Shown: positions 36,207 to 45,829, counted from the stretch's first letter. The stretch: 64,000 bases of DNA from Chloroflexota bacterium (GCA_003228115.1 QEVV01000004.1:165577-229576); one strand, 5' to 3'. The notes: generated by a model from the sequence alone, not told the origin. Program-made: numbers and translations.

Positions 36207-36911
36207 CTAAGAAACTGGCAGACCAGTGATGGAGGCCGGGTCCACTGCCGGCTCCTCTTCACCACCATCGCTGTCCAAGCGATCGTGCCACTTCTCCAGG
36301 AAATCGCCGAACATGCCATCCATCTCAGGACCGCGTGGGCCGGAGAATCCGCCGTGGAAGCGCATCCTGAAGCCCTCATCCCCAATCTGGAAATCGATGC
36401 CGTCTTCCAGAAGCCCGTCCAGCGGAGAGTTCTCCAAGAATTCCCGGAGCTGCCCACCCAAAGGCATACCGCCCCCACCGAATGGCATTCCTCCATGTCC
36501 TATCCTTGGTCCACGCCCGGGACCCCTAGGACCGTGATTACCGAAAGGCAGCCCTTCAGGTAGCCCCTCTGGACGAGCCTCAAACCAGGCCAACGCCTCG
36601 TCTGCTTCCTCTTGGGTTAGGCGGCCGGCGGCGACCAACTTGTCCAGGATACCCGCTGCCCTTTCACTGCCTATCTGAAGCTTGGCCTGGGCAAACGCAT
36701 CCTCAACCTCTGAAGCCGGCAGGCCAAGAATCTCAGCCACCCTTTCAGCGAAGGCCTTCTTTTGCGATTCCTCGCCTGCCGGCTCCGTTTGGACCTGCGG
36801 GGGTGCATCTTCTGCGCCACCGCCATCCTGGGCCAGGATCACGCCACTCGTAACACCCAGAGCCAGTAGAGCCGATCCGACAATGGTAACCGCAAACCGT
36901 CGCTTTCTCAT
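36207..36911 (-). CDS. secreted protein of unknown function
   Basis: ATG 36911 is preceded by AAAGGAG. Signal peptide MRKRRFAVTIVGSALLALGVTSGVILA. Acidic helical region and Gly/Pro-rich segments. Confidence 0.5.
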   Translation of the reverse strand: MRKRRFAVTIVGSALLALGVTSGVILAQDGGGAEDAPPQVQTEPAGEESQKKAFAERVAEILGLPASEVEDAFAQAKLQIGSERAAGILDKLVAAGRLTQEEADEALAWFEARPEGLPEGLPFGNHGPRGPGRGPRIGHGGMPFGGGGMPLGGQLREFLENSPLDGLLEDGIDFQIGDEGFRMRFHGGFSGPRGPEMDGMFGDFLEKWHDRLDSDGGEEEPAVDPASITGLPVS

Positions 36912-37007
36912 GACAACTCCTTTCTGCGGGAAGTTTGTTTGCACACCTAACAACCCCACAATAACCAAGGAGTTTGAACAAATTATGAAGACAAGGGAAA
37001 AAACCAT

Positions 37008-37045
37008 TCCCTCGCCCTGAGGGAGAGGGGATGGGATAGGGGGAA
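37008..37045. repeat. Family-B hairpin repeat
   Basis: Sequence tccctcgccc-tga-gggagaggg+gatgggataggggg. Related copies at 38011, 40019, 44537, 45872, 59028, 59116 and 59362. Confidence 0.7.
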
Positions 37046-37238
37046 ACGCCCTTAGCCTGTTGCCGCCGCGGGGTCAAGGACCGGCGTCCGTTGACGTCTA
37101 TTCAACGACGAAGAGCTCGCGTTCACTGGGGAGCGCCCCGCGCCACAGGGAATGTCCCTGTTCCAGAAAGCGCCTAAGGGCAAAACGGGCAGGGCAGCGG
37201 CGGGGAGCCAGCTCTTATACGTGGGGTAAGATGCTGCG

Positions 37239-37883
37239 CTACGAGATCTCGTCGTGGATGGTGTACCCACAATCGGCCAGGCTCGGGACATCGTCAATAT
37301 TGACGATGTCCCATGCAATTCGGCTGAGCGTGTCGTAAGTCATGCAGACCGTCATCACCTGGCCCTCAATTTCCTGCCCATTCGAATCTGGGAGCTCTAT
37401 CCACCAGCCAATTTCGACTTGGACGGGCGATGAGCTTACCCCATCAAGAATGGCCTGCATCACTTTCAAGGTGTCCCGGTGCAGAACACTCTGCGTCGAA
37501 ATGAAGAAGCCCACGTCGCCGGACAAGTCCACGGCGTAGGTGGTATCCGACAAACGAACGTCCCTTACGCGAAGCAGGCCCTCTGCACTCCTGACGCCAA
37601 GTTCGTCGGCAAGGAGTCGGTGGATTTGCTCGCTCATGGTAGCAGTGGAGGTGGGAGCGGGCGTTGGTGTAGAAGACGATGACTGCCAACGGAAAATCAG
37701 CACCTCCTCATTCGAAGCGGCCACGAGACCGATGCCCGCAAGAAACAAGGCGGCCAGCGCAACCAACATGAATACGGGCGCTCTCAATGCCCTTTCCCGT
37801 CGTCCTCTGCTGATAAGCCAGATGATCATCGACGGAACGCCGACCATCCCAATGGCCACAAGGACAAGGCCGACAGCTACCAT
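37239..37883 (-). CDS. membrane-anchored protein of unknown function
   Basis: Two N-terminal TM helices, a Ser/Thr/Pro linker and a globular C-terminal domain. No motif recognised. Confidence 0.45.
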   Translation of the reverse strand: MVAVGLVLVAIGMVGVPSMIIWLISRGRRERALRAPVFMLVALAALFLAGIGLVAASNEEVLIFRWQSSSSTPTPAPTSTATMSEQIHRLLADELGVRSAEGLLRVRDVRLSDTTYAVDLSGDVGFFISTQSVLHRDTLKVMQAILDGVSSSPVQVEIGWWIELPDSNGQEIEGQVMTVCMTYDTLSRIAWDIVNIDDVPSLADCGYTIHDEIS

Positions 37884-38010
37884 TGCCTAATCCTCCTCCC
37901 CTTCCACACCCAGCTTGTGATCCGGCCCATCCTCGCGCTCGAACCGGACGACGGCGGAGAGCTGCCATCCTGCTTCCGGATCTTCAAGCCCATACAGAAA
38001 AGGTGTCGTT

Positions 38011-38042
38011 TCCTCCCCTGAGGGGGAGGACTAAGGTGGGGG
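38011..38042. repeat. Family-B hairpin repeat
   Basis: Sequence tcctcccctgagggggaggactaaggtggggg, nearly identical to 59362-59397. Confidence 0.7.
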
Positions 38043-38051
38043 CAGACCTCC

Positions 38052-39746
38052 CTAGGAAGCTCCCACCACCTCGGCAATTACCTCTGCTTCCAGCCCATAG
38101 ATTTCCGCCGCTGCCTGCGCCGTAATAAACCCCGACTCAAGGTCCTCAATGACCCGCTCCCGGTCGCGCTCCTTGGGAGAGCCAACGCCACCGCCACCGC
38201 CTGGCTCCAAGCGAAGTACATCACCACCGCCCACAACCAAACCTGAGACCGGCTTGTCGTACTTCTGTTCCTCAGAAGTGCCGGGGTTCACGAACACGAA
38301 GCCCAGCTTGCCCTCGCCACCGCCAACAACTCCCGACGAGGGACGCCTGGCCGACCCACCGGTAAACTTGGAGTTGCCGTGAATCAAATAGTCCCTGCGG
38401 TAACCAAGTCCTCCCCGGAACTTACCTGCGCCGCCGGAGTCTGGCACCACCTCAAAGCTTTGAATCTGAATATCGAATTCTGATTCCACGATCTCAACGC
38501 TTGTGAACTTAGCGCCGCCGCTCCAGCCGTGGCCCGCCCCAGACCAGCCATCGCCGCCGTCAAAAGCTGGTCCACCGGGCGACAGCAGCTCGTACTGAAC
38601 GTAGGGTGGGCTGTCGTCCGACACATGGCTGATGATTGTTGAGCATTGCTGGCCCGAGTACGCCATGATTGGACGCCCCGCAGCCTGGCTAACCGCCGAG
38701 TAGACCATCGTAGAAACGCCGGGCATCGTCTGAGAGTAGTAGCCCACTGGCGCCGGGAACTCCGGGTCCAGAATGCTCCCCTTGCGGAAGCGGCACTCAA
38801 CGGTATCGGCCAGCGCGTAGTTGTTCGGCATGGATGGGTCGATAACGGCCAGGACAGCATGGTAGGCAATGCCTCGTGCGAAGGGGGGACGGATGTTGAT
38901 GGGGCCAGCGCTCTGGTCACCAGACGCTGAGAAGTCCAACACCACCTTATCGCCCTCCTTTATTACGGCCACGTGGAGCTTGATATAGACGCCCGGGTTC
39001 ACAATATCCTCAATGGAGCCTTCCATTTCCGTAACCCCATCGGGCCACAAAGCCACGTCATGGCGAATGCGGTCCGCGGTCCGAGAGGCAATCTGTTCGA
39101 ACGCTGACAACACCACGTCCTTGCCGTAGGTGTCCATCAAGTCCTGCATCCGCTGGATTCCCATGGTCTGTAGCGCCCCCGCTTGGGCGCTAAGGTCGCC
39201 AAGTACAAGGTGCGGCGTTCGGCTATTGGCCGTAATAAAGTGCTCGGTTTCTTTTATTCTCTTGCCCTGGCTCAAGAACTTCACCGGCAAGATGTGAAGG
39301 CCCTCACCGTAGATGTCCCTAGCTTGTGAATTGCGGCTCCCCGGAGAAATCCCGCCGATGTCGCTCTTGTGCCCCATGCTGGCGAAGAAGGCCACGACCT
39401 CGCCGTCGTAGAAGGCCGGAGCTACCACCACCATGTCCATGGGATGAGGAACCCCGCTGTAGTAAGGGTGGTTGCTCAGAAAACAGTCGCCCTCCTCCAT
39501 CTCTTCAATATCGTAGAACTGGAGCACGCCCTTAACGCAGTCGGGGTAGGCCCCCAGGTGGGGGGGAAGACCGGAGTACTGGCCGATCACACGCCCTTCT
39601 TGGTCCAAAATCCCGCAGCTGAAATCATGCGACTCACGAATAATGGTGGAAAATCCTGTGCGCAGCACAGCAACTTCCATCTCACGCACAATGCCATCCA
39701 AGCGCGCCTGGATGACCTCCTGAGTTATAACGTCAACGTCAACCAT
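38052..39746 (-). CDS. hydantoinase B / oxoprolinase family protein (HyuB-like)
   Basis: The N-terminus D.IT.EVI...L..I..EM.....R...S.IIRE..DFSCGI.D..G is the hallmark of Hydantoinase_B. Confidence 0.9.
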   Translation of the reverse strand: MVDVDVITQEVIQARLDGIVREMEVAVLRTGFSTIIRESHDFSCGILDQEGRVIGQYSGLPPHLGAYPDCVKGVLQFYDIEEMEEGDCFLSNHPYYSGVPHPMDMVVVAPAFYDGEVVAFFASMGHKSDIGGISPGSRNSQARDIYGEGLHILPVKFLSQGKRIKETEHFITANSRTPHLVLGDLSAQAGALQTMGIQRMQDLMDTYGKDVVLSAFEQIASRTADRIRHDVALWPDGVTEMEGSIEDIVNPGVYIKLHVAVIKEGDKVVLDFSASGDQSAGPINIRPPFARGIAYHAVLAVIDPSMPNNYALADTVECRFRKGSILDPEFPAPVGYYSQTMPGVSTMVYSAVSQAAGRPIMAYSGQQCSTIISHVSDDSPPYVQYELLSPGGPAFDGGDGWSGAGHGWSGGAKFTSVEIVESEFDIQIQSFEVVPDSGGAGKFRGGLGYRRDYLIHGNSKFTGGSARRPSSGVVGGGEGKLGFVFVNPGTSEEQKYDKPVSGLVVGGGDVLRLEPGGGGGVGSPKERDRERVIEDLESGFITAQAAAEIYGLEAEVIAEVVGAS

Positions 39747-39770
39747 CGATTTCCTCCATCTCTTTCTTTG

Positions 39771-39805
39771 GTAGGGGCGGGTCGGTGACCCGCCCGAAGC
39801 GTCTG
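39771..39805. repeat. Family-D REP-like hairpin
   Basis: Sequence gtaggggcgggtcggtgacccgcccgaagcgtc (GGGCGGG / CCCGCCC stem). Confidence 0.7.
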
Positions 39806-39938
39806 CCTACTCCATCGTCCGCCATTCCAGAAGAAACCCCTCACCGCCGCCCGTCCACCCTCGTCCTTGCGAGCGGAGCGCAGCAAGCTGGCGGGACGAG
39901 AGCCAATCCTTTGTAAAAGTTCTTGTTTCCAGATCCAA

Positions 39939-39967
39939 CGTAGGGGCGTTCAACTGAACGCCCATCG
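39939..39967. repeat. Family-C palindrome, diverged copy
   Basis: Sequence cgtaggggcgttcaactgaacgcccatcg. Confidence 0.7.
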
Positions 39968-40018
39968 CTCGCCACCCAACGACGTTCGCCAATGCCGTAG
40001 TCGAGGCCCCCCCCCAAA

Positions 40019-40057
40019 CCTCCCCTCGCCGTTCACGGAGAGGGGCCGGGGGTGAGG
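40019..40057. repeat. Family-B hairpin repeat
   Basis: Sequence cctcccctcgccgttcacggagaggggccgggggtgagg. Confidence 0.7.
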
Positions 40058-40172
40058 TCTCCACAAGCGCCCCGATTGTACCAGAACGCCTCAGGAACGT
40101 CCGCTAGACACACCCAACCCTGCTTACTATGATGGCGCTGAACTCCGCAAGTACTCAGGGGAGACGCAAAGC

Positions 40173-41216
40173 ATGATCATAGACTGCGACACCCACTACC
40201 TGCCCCGCACATGGCTCGACCGCGTCGATCCCGCCCTCGTTGGCGATGCCATCGCTATCGAATGGAATGGCGCTGACGGTGTGTTCTATCGCAATGGACG
40301 CCGCGTCATGGACCTAGCGGAACCAGTGTGGAATCTTGAGCAGCGAGTGCCAGGCATGCAGCAGGATGGGTTCGACCTTCAGGTGCTTATCCCGGAGAAC
40401 CGGCCACTGCTCTATGAGACGGACCGCGACCTGGGGTGCGCCCTCGCCCGAGCCTACAACGATGCAGCAGCCGATGACTTGAAAGCAGGCGGTCCCTTTT
40501 TCGGCGTCGCTTGGGTCTACCTGCCCGATATCGAAGAGGCCATCGTTGAGATGGAGCGGGCTGTAAAGGTCCTCGGACTTAAGGCCGTAAAACTCATGGG
40601 GAACTTCGGTTCAGTTCACCTGGGCGGCCCGGAGCTGCAGCCCTTCTACGCCAAGGCTGCCGAGCTTGATGTTCCCATTATCCTCCACCCACCAGCCCGC
40701 ACCTACGACGACCAGCCGATCAACCCCTTGTTGGTTGGGGCACCCAGCTTCGAGCACGAATATTGGTTCCTCTCGTCGGCGTATGGCTTTCCCTTCACCT
40801 ACATGGTCACCATTGCCAACCTCATTTTCAGCGGCACCATGGACCGCTTCCCAGACCTCCGCTTCGGTTTCTTCGAGGCTGGCGGCGAATGGGTCCCCTA
40901 CGCTATGGATAGGCTGGACGTTTACTACGACGAACACTACCGCCGCGGGACAGAAGTCGTTACCAAGCTCCAGCACAGACCCTCTGAGTACTTCACTAGG
41001 TTCTATGTTGCCATCCTCTCTCGCGAGCGCCACCTCCCTGCCCTATTGCAGCAAATCCCAGACCATCGCCTCATTGTGGGCAGCGACTTCCCGCACCAAG
41101 ACCCTAGTGGCACTTGGCCCGACACCCTCTCCGAGTTGCGAGGCATAGAAGGCTTCGCCCCCGGTGACCTTAACGCCATGCTCGACACCAACGCCCGTTC
41201 CTTCCTGGGCCTCTAG
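40173..41216 (+). CDS. amidohydrolase family protein (PF04909-like)
   Basis: MIIDCDTHY N-terminus, IILHPP, FFEAGGEW and VGSDFPH motifs. Confidence 0.85.
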   Translation: MIIDCDTHYLPRTWLDRVDPALVGDAIAIEWNGADGVFYRNGRRVMDLAEPVWNLEQRVPGMQQDGFDLQVLIPENRPLLYETDRDLGCALARAYNDAAADDLKAGGPFFGVAWVYLPDIEEAIVEMERAVKVLGLKAVKLMGNFGSVHLGGPELQPFYAKAAELDVPIILHPPARTYDDQPINPLLVGAPSFEHEYWFLSSAYGFPFTYMVTIANLIFSGTMDRFPDLRFGFFEAGGEWVPYAMDRLDVYYDEHYRRGTEVVTKLQHRPSEYFTRFYVAILSRERHLPALLQQIPDHRLIVGSDFPHQDPSGTWPDTLSELRGIEGFAPGDLNAMLDTNARSFLGL

Positions 41217-41238
41217 CAGCAAGCAGGAGGGCGCTCGG

Positions 41239-41333
41239 GGGGTGCAGGGGCGGCGCCCCGCCGGGGGCTCGGGGGTGTCCCCCGAAACCAAAAACATTAG
41301 CGGGTGGGCTGGGAGGGACAGCCAGCGCCAGCC
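41239..41333 (+). repeat. Family-A element, copy 9
   Basis: Sequence ggggtgcaggggcggcgccccgccgggggctcgggggtgtcccccga..aacattagcgggtgggctgggagggac. Confidence 0.85.
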
Positions 41334-41400
41334 ACCCCCAGCCCTATGCGGCTGCCAAGGGCTCTCCACCCGCTCGGCTGACCACCAATCGCTACAAAGA

Positions 41401-41436
41401 GAAAGGCCCCGGAGACACTCCGGGGCCTTTCTTATT
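41401..41436. terminator. bidirectional intrinsic terminator between convergent genes
   Basis: gaaaggccccgga / tccggggcctttc stem, with an A-rich tract on one side and a T-rich tract on the other. Confidence 0.7.
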
Positions 41437-41458
41437 CCAACACAACGTCAGTCTGTGT

Positions 41459-42505
41459 CTAAAGCCCGTACAAGCGGCGAGGGTTGTCATCCATAATCTT
41501 GTCCACTGCCTGCATCGGAATAACGCCCGACGTCCGCAGCTTGCGCAACGCCTCCAGCTCACTGGACGTGTCAGCGTGGCCGTAGTCGGAGCCGATCAAC
41601 AAATTGTCCTCCCCTGCGTACCCTAAGATATAGGGAAGGTCGTCATCTGTCTGGCAAGCCACAAACATCTGGTAGTCCTTCATCAAGCTTCCTACCGTCC
41701 GGTCGGGAAAGGCCCACGACATCCTCTGGAACCGGGCCGATAGATCGTGCATAACGTAGGGCACCCAGGACGCACTGACCTCTACGAAACCCCAGCGCAG
41801 GTCAGGGAACTTCTCCGGGAGTTGGGCCACCACGATGCAATGGAAGGCCGCTATCGCCGGCACCTTGGCAAGCCACAACAATGCCAGGTTGGACGTCATC
41901 ACCGCGTCGAAGAAGGGACTCGCTGATCCAGCGTGAAAGCAAATAGCCAAGTCCAGCTTGCTTGCTTCTTCATACAAGGGGAAGAAGTAAGGGTCGATCG
42001 GGATTCTGCTTTGCTCCATGCCCCGCATGAACACCCCTGAAGCCCCGTTTTCCTTCCCAAAGTGGAGTTCAGCCAGTGCCTGGTTCATATCCATGGTCGG
42101 CGCCATGACCACCCATCCTAGACGGCCCTTGGCCGCCTTCCAAATGTCGGCCATCCAGCGGTTGTAGCCGCGGCACATGGCCGCTTCCACCTCCGGCCGG
42201 TTGAACGACAAATTTAGAAAGATGGTCGGGTATAACACCTGAACATCTACGCCCAACTCGTCCATGTGACTAAGGCGAGCGCTAACATCCACCATGTCCG
42301 AGCTTTCGACAGCCGTACCAGTCCTTGCCGGGTCGAAGGTCCTACGGGTCTGTAACCGGCCTTCAATGTTCCAGTAGGCACGTTCTTGTCCTTGCCCATC
42401 CGGAGCCATCACCGTAGTAGGCTGATACTTCTCGTCCGCATCAACCATGTACGACCAAGTGTGTTCGTTCTCGATAACGTGGCAGTCAGAATCAATGATC
42501 GGCAT
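41459..42505 (-). CDS. amidohydrolase family protein (PF04909-like)
   Basis: MPIIDSDCHV N-terminus, FVEVSASW and IGSDYGHAD motifs. Confidence 0.85.
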   Translation of the reverse strand: MPIIDSDCHVIENEHTWSYMVDADEKYQPTTVMAPDGQGQERAYWNIEGRLQTRRTFDPARTGTAVESSDMVDVSARLSHMDELGVDVQVLYPTIFLNLSFNRPEVEAAMCRGYNRWMADIWKAAKGRLGWVVMAPTMDMNQALAELHFGKENGASGVFMRGMEQSRIPIDPYFFPLYEEASKLDLAICFHAGSASPFFDAVMTSNLALLWLAKVPAIAAFHCIVVAQLPEKFPDLRWGFVEVSASWVPYVMHDLSARFQRMSWAFPDRTVGSLMKDYQMFVACQTDDDLPYILGYAGEDNLLIGSDYGHADTSSELEALRKLRTSGVIPMQAVDKIMDDNPRRLYGL

Positions 42506-42617
42506 TTGTTTACCCCTTTGGCTTCAAGACCCTGCGCCATGACCTGATGATTTCAGGTAGCTGTGGTATGGATAACAGAAAAAGCGCCCCGTGAAAAGGG
42601 GCGACAGCGAAGGTAGT

Positions 42618-42692
42618 TGGCTCCCGGAGCAGGATTCGAACCTGCGGCCAACCGGTTAACAGCCGGTTGCTCTACCGCTGAGCTATCCGGGA
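42618..42692 (-). tRNA. tRNA-Asn (anticodon GTT)
   Basis: The reverse complement reads TCCCGGATAGCTCAGCGGTAGAGCAACCGGCTGTTAACCGGTTGGCCGCAGGTTCGAATCCTGCTCCGGGAGCCA. The cloverleaf and the CTGTTAA anticodon loop are readable. Confidence 0.9.
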
Positions 42693-42796
42693 GCGTGGAT
42701 ACACCCTGTAGCGGCGCACGGGTCTAATCCTAGCAGAGGGATGCAGACCGGACAAGGTGGAGACAGCCTTGGCTGTTGGCAGAACGCTGGCGCTCC

Positions 42797-43318
42797 TCAA
42801 TCTCGGTCAAGTGCCCGCAGGCGCCGCCCCAAAGAGAACGCCCAGAGCGGATAGCCGAAATACAGCCCCGCCAGGACTGTCAGAGCGACACTCCTTGGCA
42901 CGATCTCTGTGGACTGATGCAAGTTACGGACTACAAGAAACCATCCCAAGACCACCATGAATCCGGCAGTCACCAGTCCAATGTATTGTGAGTACGGCAA
43001 CACCCCAGTCATGAAAAGCAACTGAAGGACTATTACCACCAACATGCCCACCAGTCCCAGCAGCAATCCAACCTGGCTGAGGCTCGGCCTCGAAGGCCTC
43101 AAGATTTTGTGGAGCCCCAGAGCGATCGGAATCATAAGGAAGTGCTGAATCACCACTGCAATGTCGTTGAGAACCCCAAGCATGCCGACAAAGCTTGAGA
43201 AGAACGCCACCAAGAACACAATGCCGAAGATGGACACGATCCCGCTGGTGTAGGCGCACCATATGGTCACACGCGTCAGCCCGTCCCGTGTCGACGTAGG
43301 GTAAAGCGTTGTGGGCAT
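42797..43318 (-). CDS. polytopic membrane protein of unknown function
   Basis: ATG 43318 is preceded by AGGAGG. About 5 TM helices. Divergent from the TetR gene. Confidence 0.5.
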   Translation of the reverse strand: MPTTLYPTSTRDGLTRVTIWCAYTSGIVSIFGIVFLVAFFSSFVGMLGVLNDIAVVIQHFLMIPIALGLHKILRPSRPSLSQVGLLLGLVGMLVVIVLQLLFMTGVLPYSQYIGLVTAGFMVVLGWFLVVRNLHQSTEIVPRSVALTVLAGLYFGYPLWAFSLGRRLRALDRD

Positions 43319-43344
43319 TGGACCACCTCCTTCGCACTGGTGGT

Positions 43345-43366
43345 ATACTTTACGCATGTAAAGTAT
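43345..43366. promoter_or_regulatory. candidate TetR operator (9-4-9 perfect inverted repeat)
   Basis: ATACTTTAC-GCAT-GTAAAGTAT in the 75-bp divergent intergenic region. It overlaps a TATACT -10-like hexamer. Confidence 0.5.
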
Positions 43367-43393
43367 GGCGATTATTGCAGCGGGAGTTTATAC

Positions 43394-43975
43394 GTGTCAA
43401 GTGCCAAGCAAGATACTCATGCCCGTCTCCTTACAGTTGCCCTAAGACTGTTCAAGAAGCATGGCAGTGGCGTGCGGATAGAGGACGTCGCAAGGGAGGC
43501 AGGCGTTACGCGTCAGAGTGTTTACCTGCACTTTGGCTCCAGGGCCGGCCTGCTGGTGGCCCTGGCAGAGCACGTAGATGCTACTGGGAGTCTCGCCCAG
43601 CTTATCGATCGGATCGTGACCGCACCAAACGCGCTGGCGGCCCTGGATGCGTTCGTCGCACTTGAGGCTGACTACAATCCGGAAGTCTACCCATTGGCAA
43701 TGTGGCTGATGCGCGACCGGTACACTGACGAAGCCGCAAGAGCAGCCTGGGAAAACCGCATGGAGGCGCGGCGTAGTGGGACCAGGCAACTAGTCCAGTG
43801 GCTGGAGCGGGATGGCCTGCTAAAACCCGAATGGGATATCGACACAGCTACCGATGCGATCTGGGCCTTGGCGTCCCTACAGGTATGGGAGCAACTTGTC
43901 ATTGACCGAGGCTGGTCCAAGGAGCGTTACCAGCAACATCTCGGTCAACTGTTGAGGGCAACGTTCGTCAAGTAA
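43394..43975 (+). CDS. TetR family transcriptional regulator
   Basis: ARLLTVALRLFKKHGSGVRIEDVAREAGVTRQSVYLHF is the TetR HTH. A GTG start at 43394 is proposed; the ORF track start 43340 is also possible. Confidence 0.85.
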   Translation: MSSAKQDTHARLLTVALRLFKKHGSGVRIEDVAREAGVTRQSVYLHFGSRAGLLVALAEHVDATGSLAQLIDRIVTAPNALAALDAFVALEADYNPEVYPLAMWLMRDRYTDEAARAAWENRMEARRSGTRQLVQWLERDGLLKPEWDIDTATDAIWALASLQVWEQLVIDRGWSKERYQQHLGQLLRATFVK

Positions 43976-44017
43976 CGGAGGAAGCAGGAACAAGTGAGCA
44001 CCACTAGATCGAATCAG

Positions 44018-44431
44018 CTACGCCCCAGGTATCTCGCTGATCTCGAAAAGGTGGCCGTCTGGGTCGCGGAAGAAGGCCCTGACCTCGTACTCGCTCCGCA
44101 CGGGCGGCGTTAGGAACTCCCCTCCTCTGGACCGCAACGTCTCATACAACCCATCGCAGTCCTTCACCCTGATGGTGAATGAGGCACTGACCCTGTCCAC
44201 ATCCTCGGGAGGCGTAAAGGTCACCATCGGCTTGTCCTCGGTAGGTCCTCCGCCCGTCACCAGCAGGAGCCAGTCGCCCAGGAACTTCATGATCACCGAA
44301 GTTCCGCCGTACTCCCCTACGATCGTCGCTCCCAGCACATCCCGATAGAACGGCAGCGACTTGCTCATGTCGCTCACCACCAAGATCCGGGTCATCTCCA
44401 TATCGTCGGTGGGAAAAACTGCGTTTGCCAC
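44018..44431 (-). CDS. VOC (glyoxalase/bleomycin resistance) family protein
   Basis: 137 aa. Carries S..FYRDVLG and FRDPDGHLFEI motifs. Confidence 0.8.
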   Translation of the reverse strand: MANAVFPTDDMEMTRILVVSDMSKSLPFYRDVLGATIVGEYGGTSVIMKFLGDWLLLVTGGGPTEDKPMVTFTPPEDVDRVSASFTIRVKDCDGLYETLRSRGGEFLTPPVRSEYEVRAFFRDPDGHLFEISEIPGA

Positions 44432-44531
44432 GTTATCTCCTTTGACTTACCTTTTGCGATTCGCCCAATGTACGAGGGAAGTAAAAAGCCTTCCCTCGTA
44501 CCCGGGGGAAGGTTGGATGGGGGTTCCCAGC

Positions 44532-45176
44532 TTAATCCTCCCCAGAGTACGGGGGAGGGGGGCCCGGCACACCCGGCCTCGTCATGGTCCAACCCGGCGG
44601 CCCATCCTTGCCAATCTGTATCTGCTCCGTTACCTCGAAGCCATACCTGCGGTAAATGGCGACGTTGCCTTCTTTGCTGGAATCCAGATAGCAGGGCATC
44701 CCTTCCGCATCCGCCCGAGGCAGCATAGGCCTGATGAGCCGACTGGCGATACCTTCACCCTGCTTCTCTGGGAGAACGCCTATGGCCGATAAGAACCAGT
44801 GCGGAGCCTTCATATGCCGATCCTTAGACCGCTCCAGGACGGCAAACCCGCTCAACCTCATCATGCCGCTGAGTCCCAAAACAAACGGTGCGCTCCACCA
44901 CCCTGTTCTGATGGACTGCTTTAGCCCCACTTTTGGATATCCAGGGGCCAACCACACAGCCACCCCATCCATAGCCTCAGTCGCATGGACCTCGCCATAG
45001 AGGAATCCCATGCGCACAATGCCGGTCATTAACCACACCAGCCCCTTTGAGCGCTTCGCCTCTTCAGGAAAGAGATAACGAACGTGGGGATCGTCGTCAA
45101 AAGCACGGCACAGCACAGCAACGGCCTCGGGAAGCCGTTGCCTGTCCAAGTGTATCAGCCCCTCAGCGTTCATCAA
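44532..45176 (-). CDS. GNAT family N-acetyltransferase
   Basis: The PEKQGEGIASRLIRP (Q/RxxGxG/A) acetyl-CoA motif, then YRRYGFE. The last codons are encoded by a family-B repeat (44537-44562). Confidence 0.8.
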   Translation of the reverse strand: MMNAEGLIHLDRQRLPEAVAVLCRAFDDDPHVRYLFPEEAKRSKGLVWLMTGIVRMGFLYGEVHATEAMDGVAVWLAPGYPKVGLKQSIRTGWWSAPFVLGLSGMMRLSGFAVLERSKDRHMKAPHWFLSAIGVLPEKQGEGIASRLIRPMLPRADAEGMPCYLDSSKEGNVAIYRRYGFEVTEQIQIGKDGPPGWTMTRPGVPGPPPPYSGED

Positions 45177-45376
45177 CTTCCCGCCCGACGTGTCTTGGTC
45201 TGGGCAAAACTATCGCGCCAGCGAACCAAGCCTATGCCCAATCCTTCGTCTCGGTCTTCCACCTGCGCAGCCCCAACTTGTTCCAGAGCAACCTTGCTCA
45301 ATTACTCGTTCCTAAATACAAGGAAGGCCCGGCTCATAGAGCCGGGCCTTCCTACAAGCTTCACAATTGAAAGCGT

Positions 45377-45829
45377 CTAACTTCCTCCGACCTTGGCCTG
45401 AAGGTTCTTTGCGAATTCCTTCATCTGGCCGTCGGCCTTGCGCCGGATGATCGGCTGGCCGAACTCGCCCAACTTGCCCATGAAGGTCGTCTCAGTTTCG
45501 ATGACTAGGTCGGTGGTCTCGGCGTCCTGCGGTACAAGCTGCATGGCCATACGTACGCGCACGCCGCCAGCCACCCGCCGGTCGGTGGCCTCAGCCACCA
45601 TGGTCCCGCTGTGAGCCGCCTCATTAATGTCTTCCATCGTTAGCTTGCCAGATAGGCTGAGACCAATGGGCCCAACCTTCACCCGCATAACTCCCTTGTA
45701 GTTGCCCTCGCCCAAGTCCTCTACTTCCTGAACCCCCGGTATGCAACTACCAACAGCAGGCACATCCATGAGGAATGCCCACAGCTTTTCAGGTGTTGCC
45801 TTCACTGATACGGTTTGTTCGAACTTCAT
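45377..45829 (-). CDS. SRPBCC / CoxG family protein
   Basis: The profile MKFEQTVSVKATPEKLWAFLMDV..VGSCIPG and the gene's position next to the coxM/coxS-like genes. Confidence 0.8.
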   Translation of the reverse strand: MKFEQTVSVKATPEKLWAFLMDVPAVGSCIPGVQEVEDLGEGNYKGVMRVKVGPIGLSLSGKLTMEDINEAAHSGTMVAEATDRRVAGGVRVRMAMQLVPQDAETTDLVIETETTFMGKLGEFGQPIIRRKADGQMKEFAKNLQAKVGGS

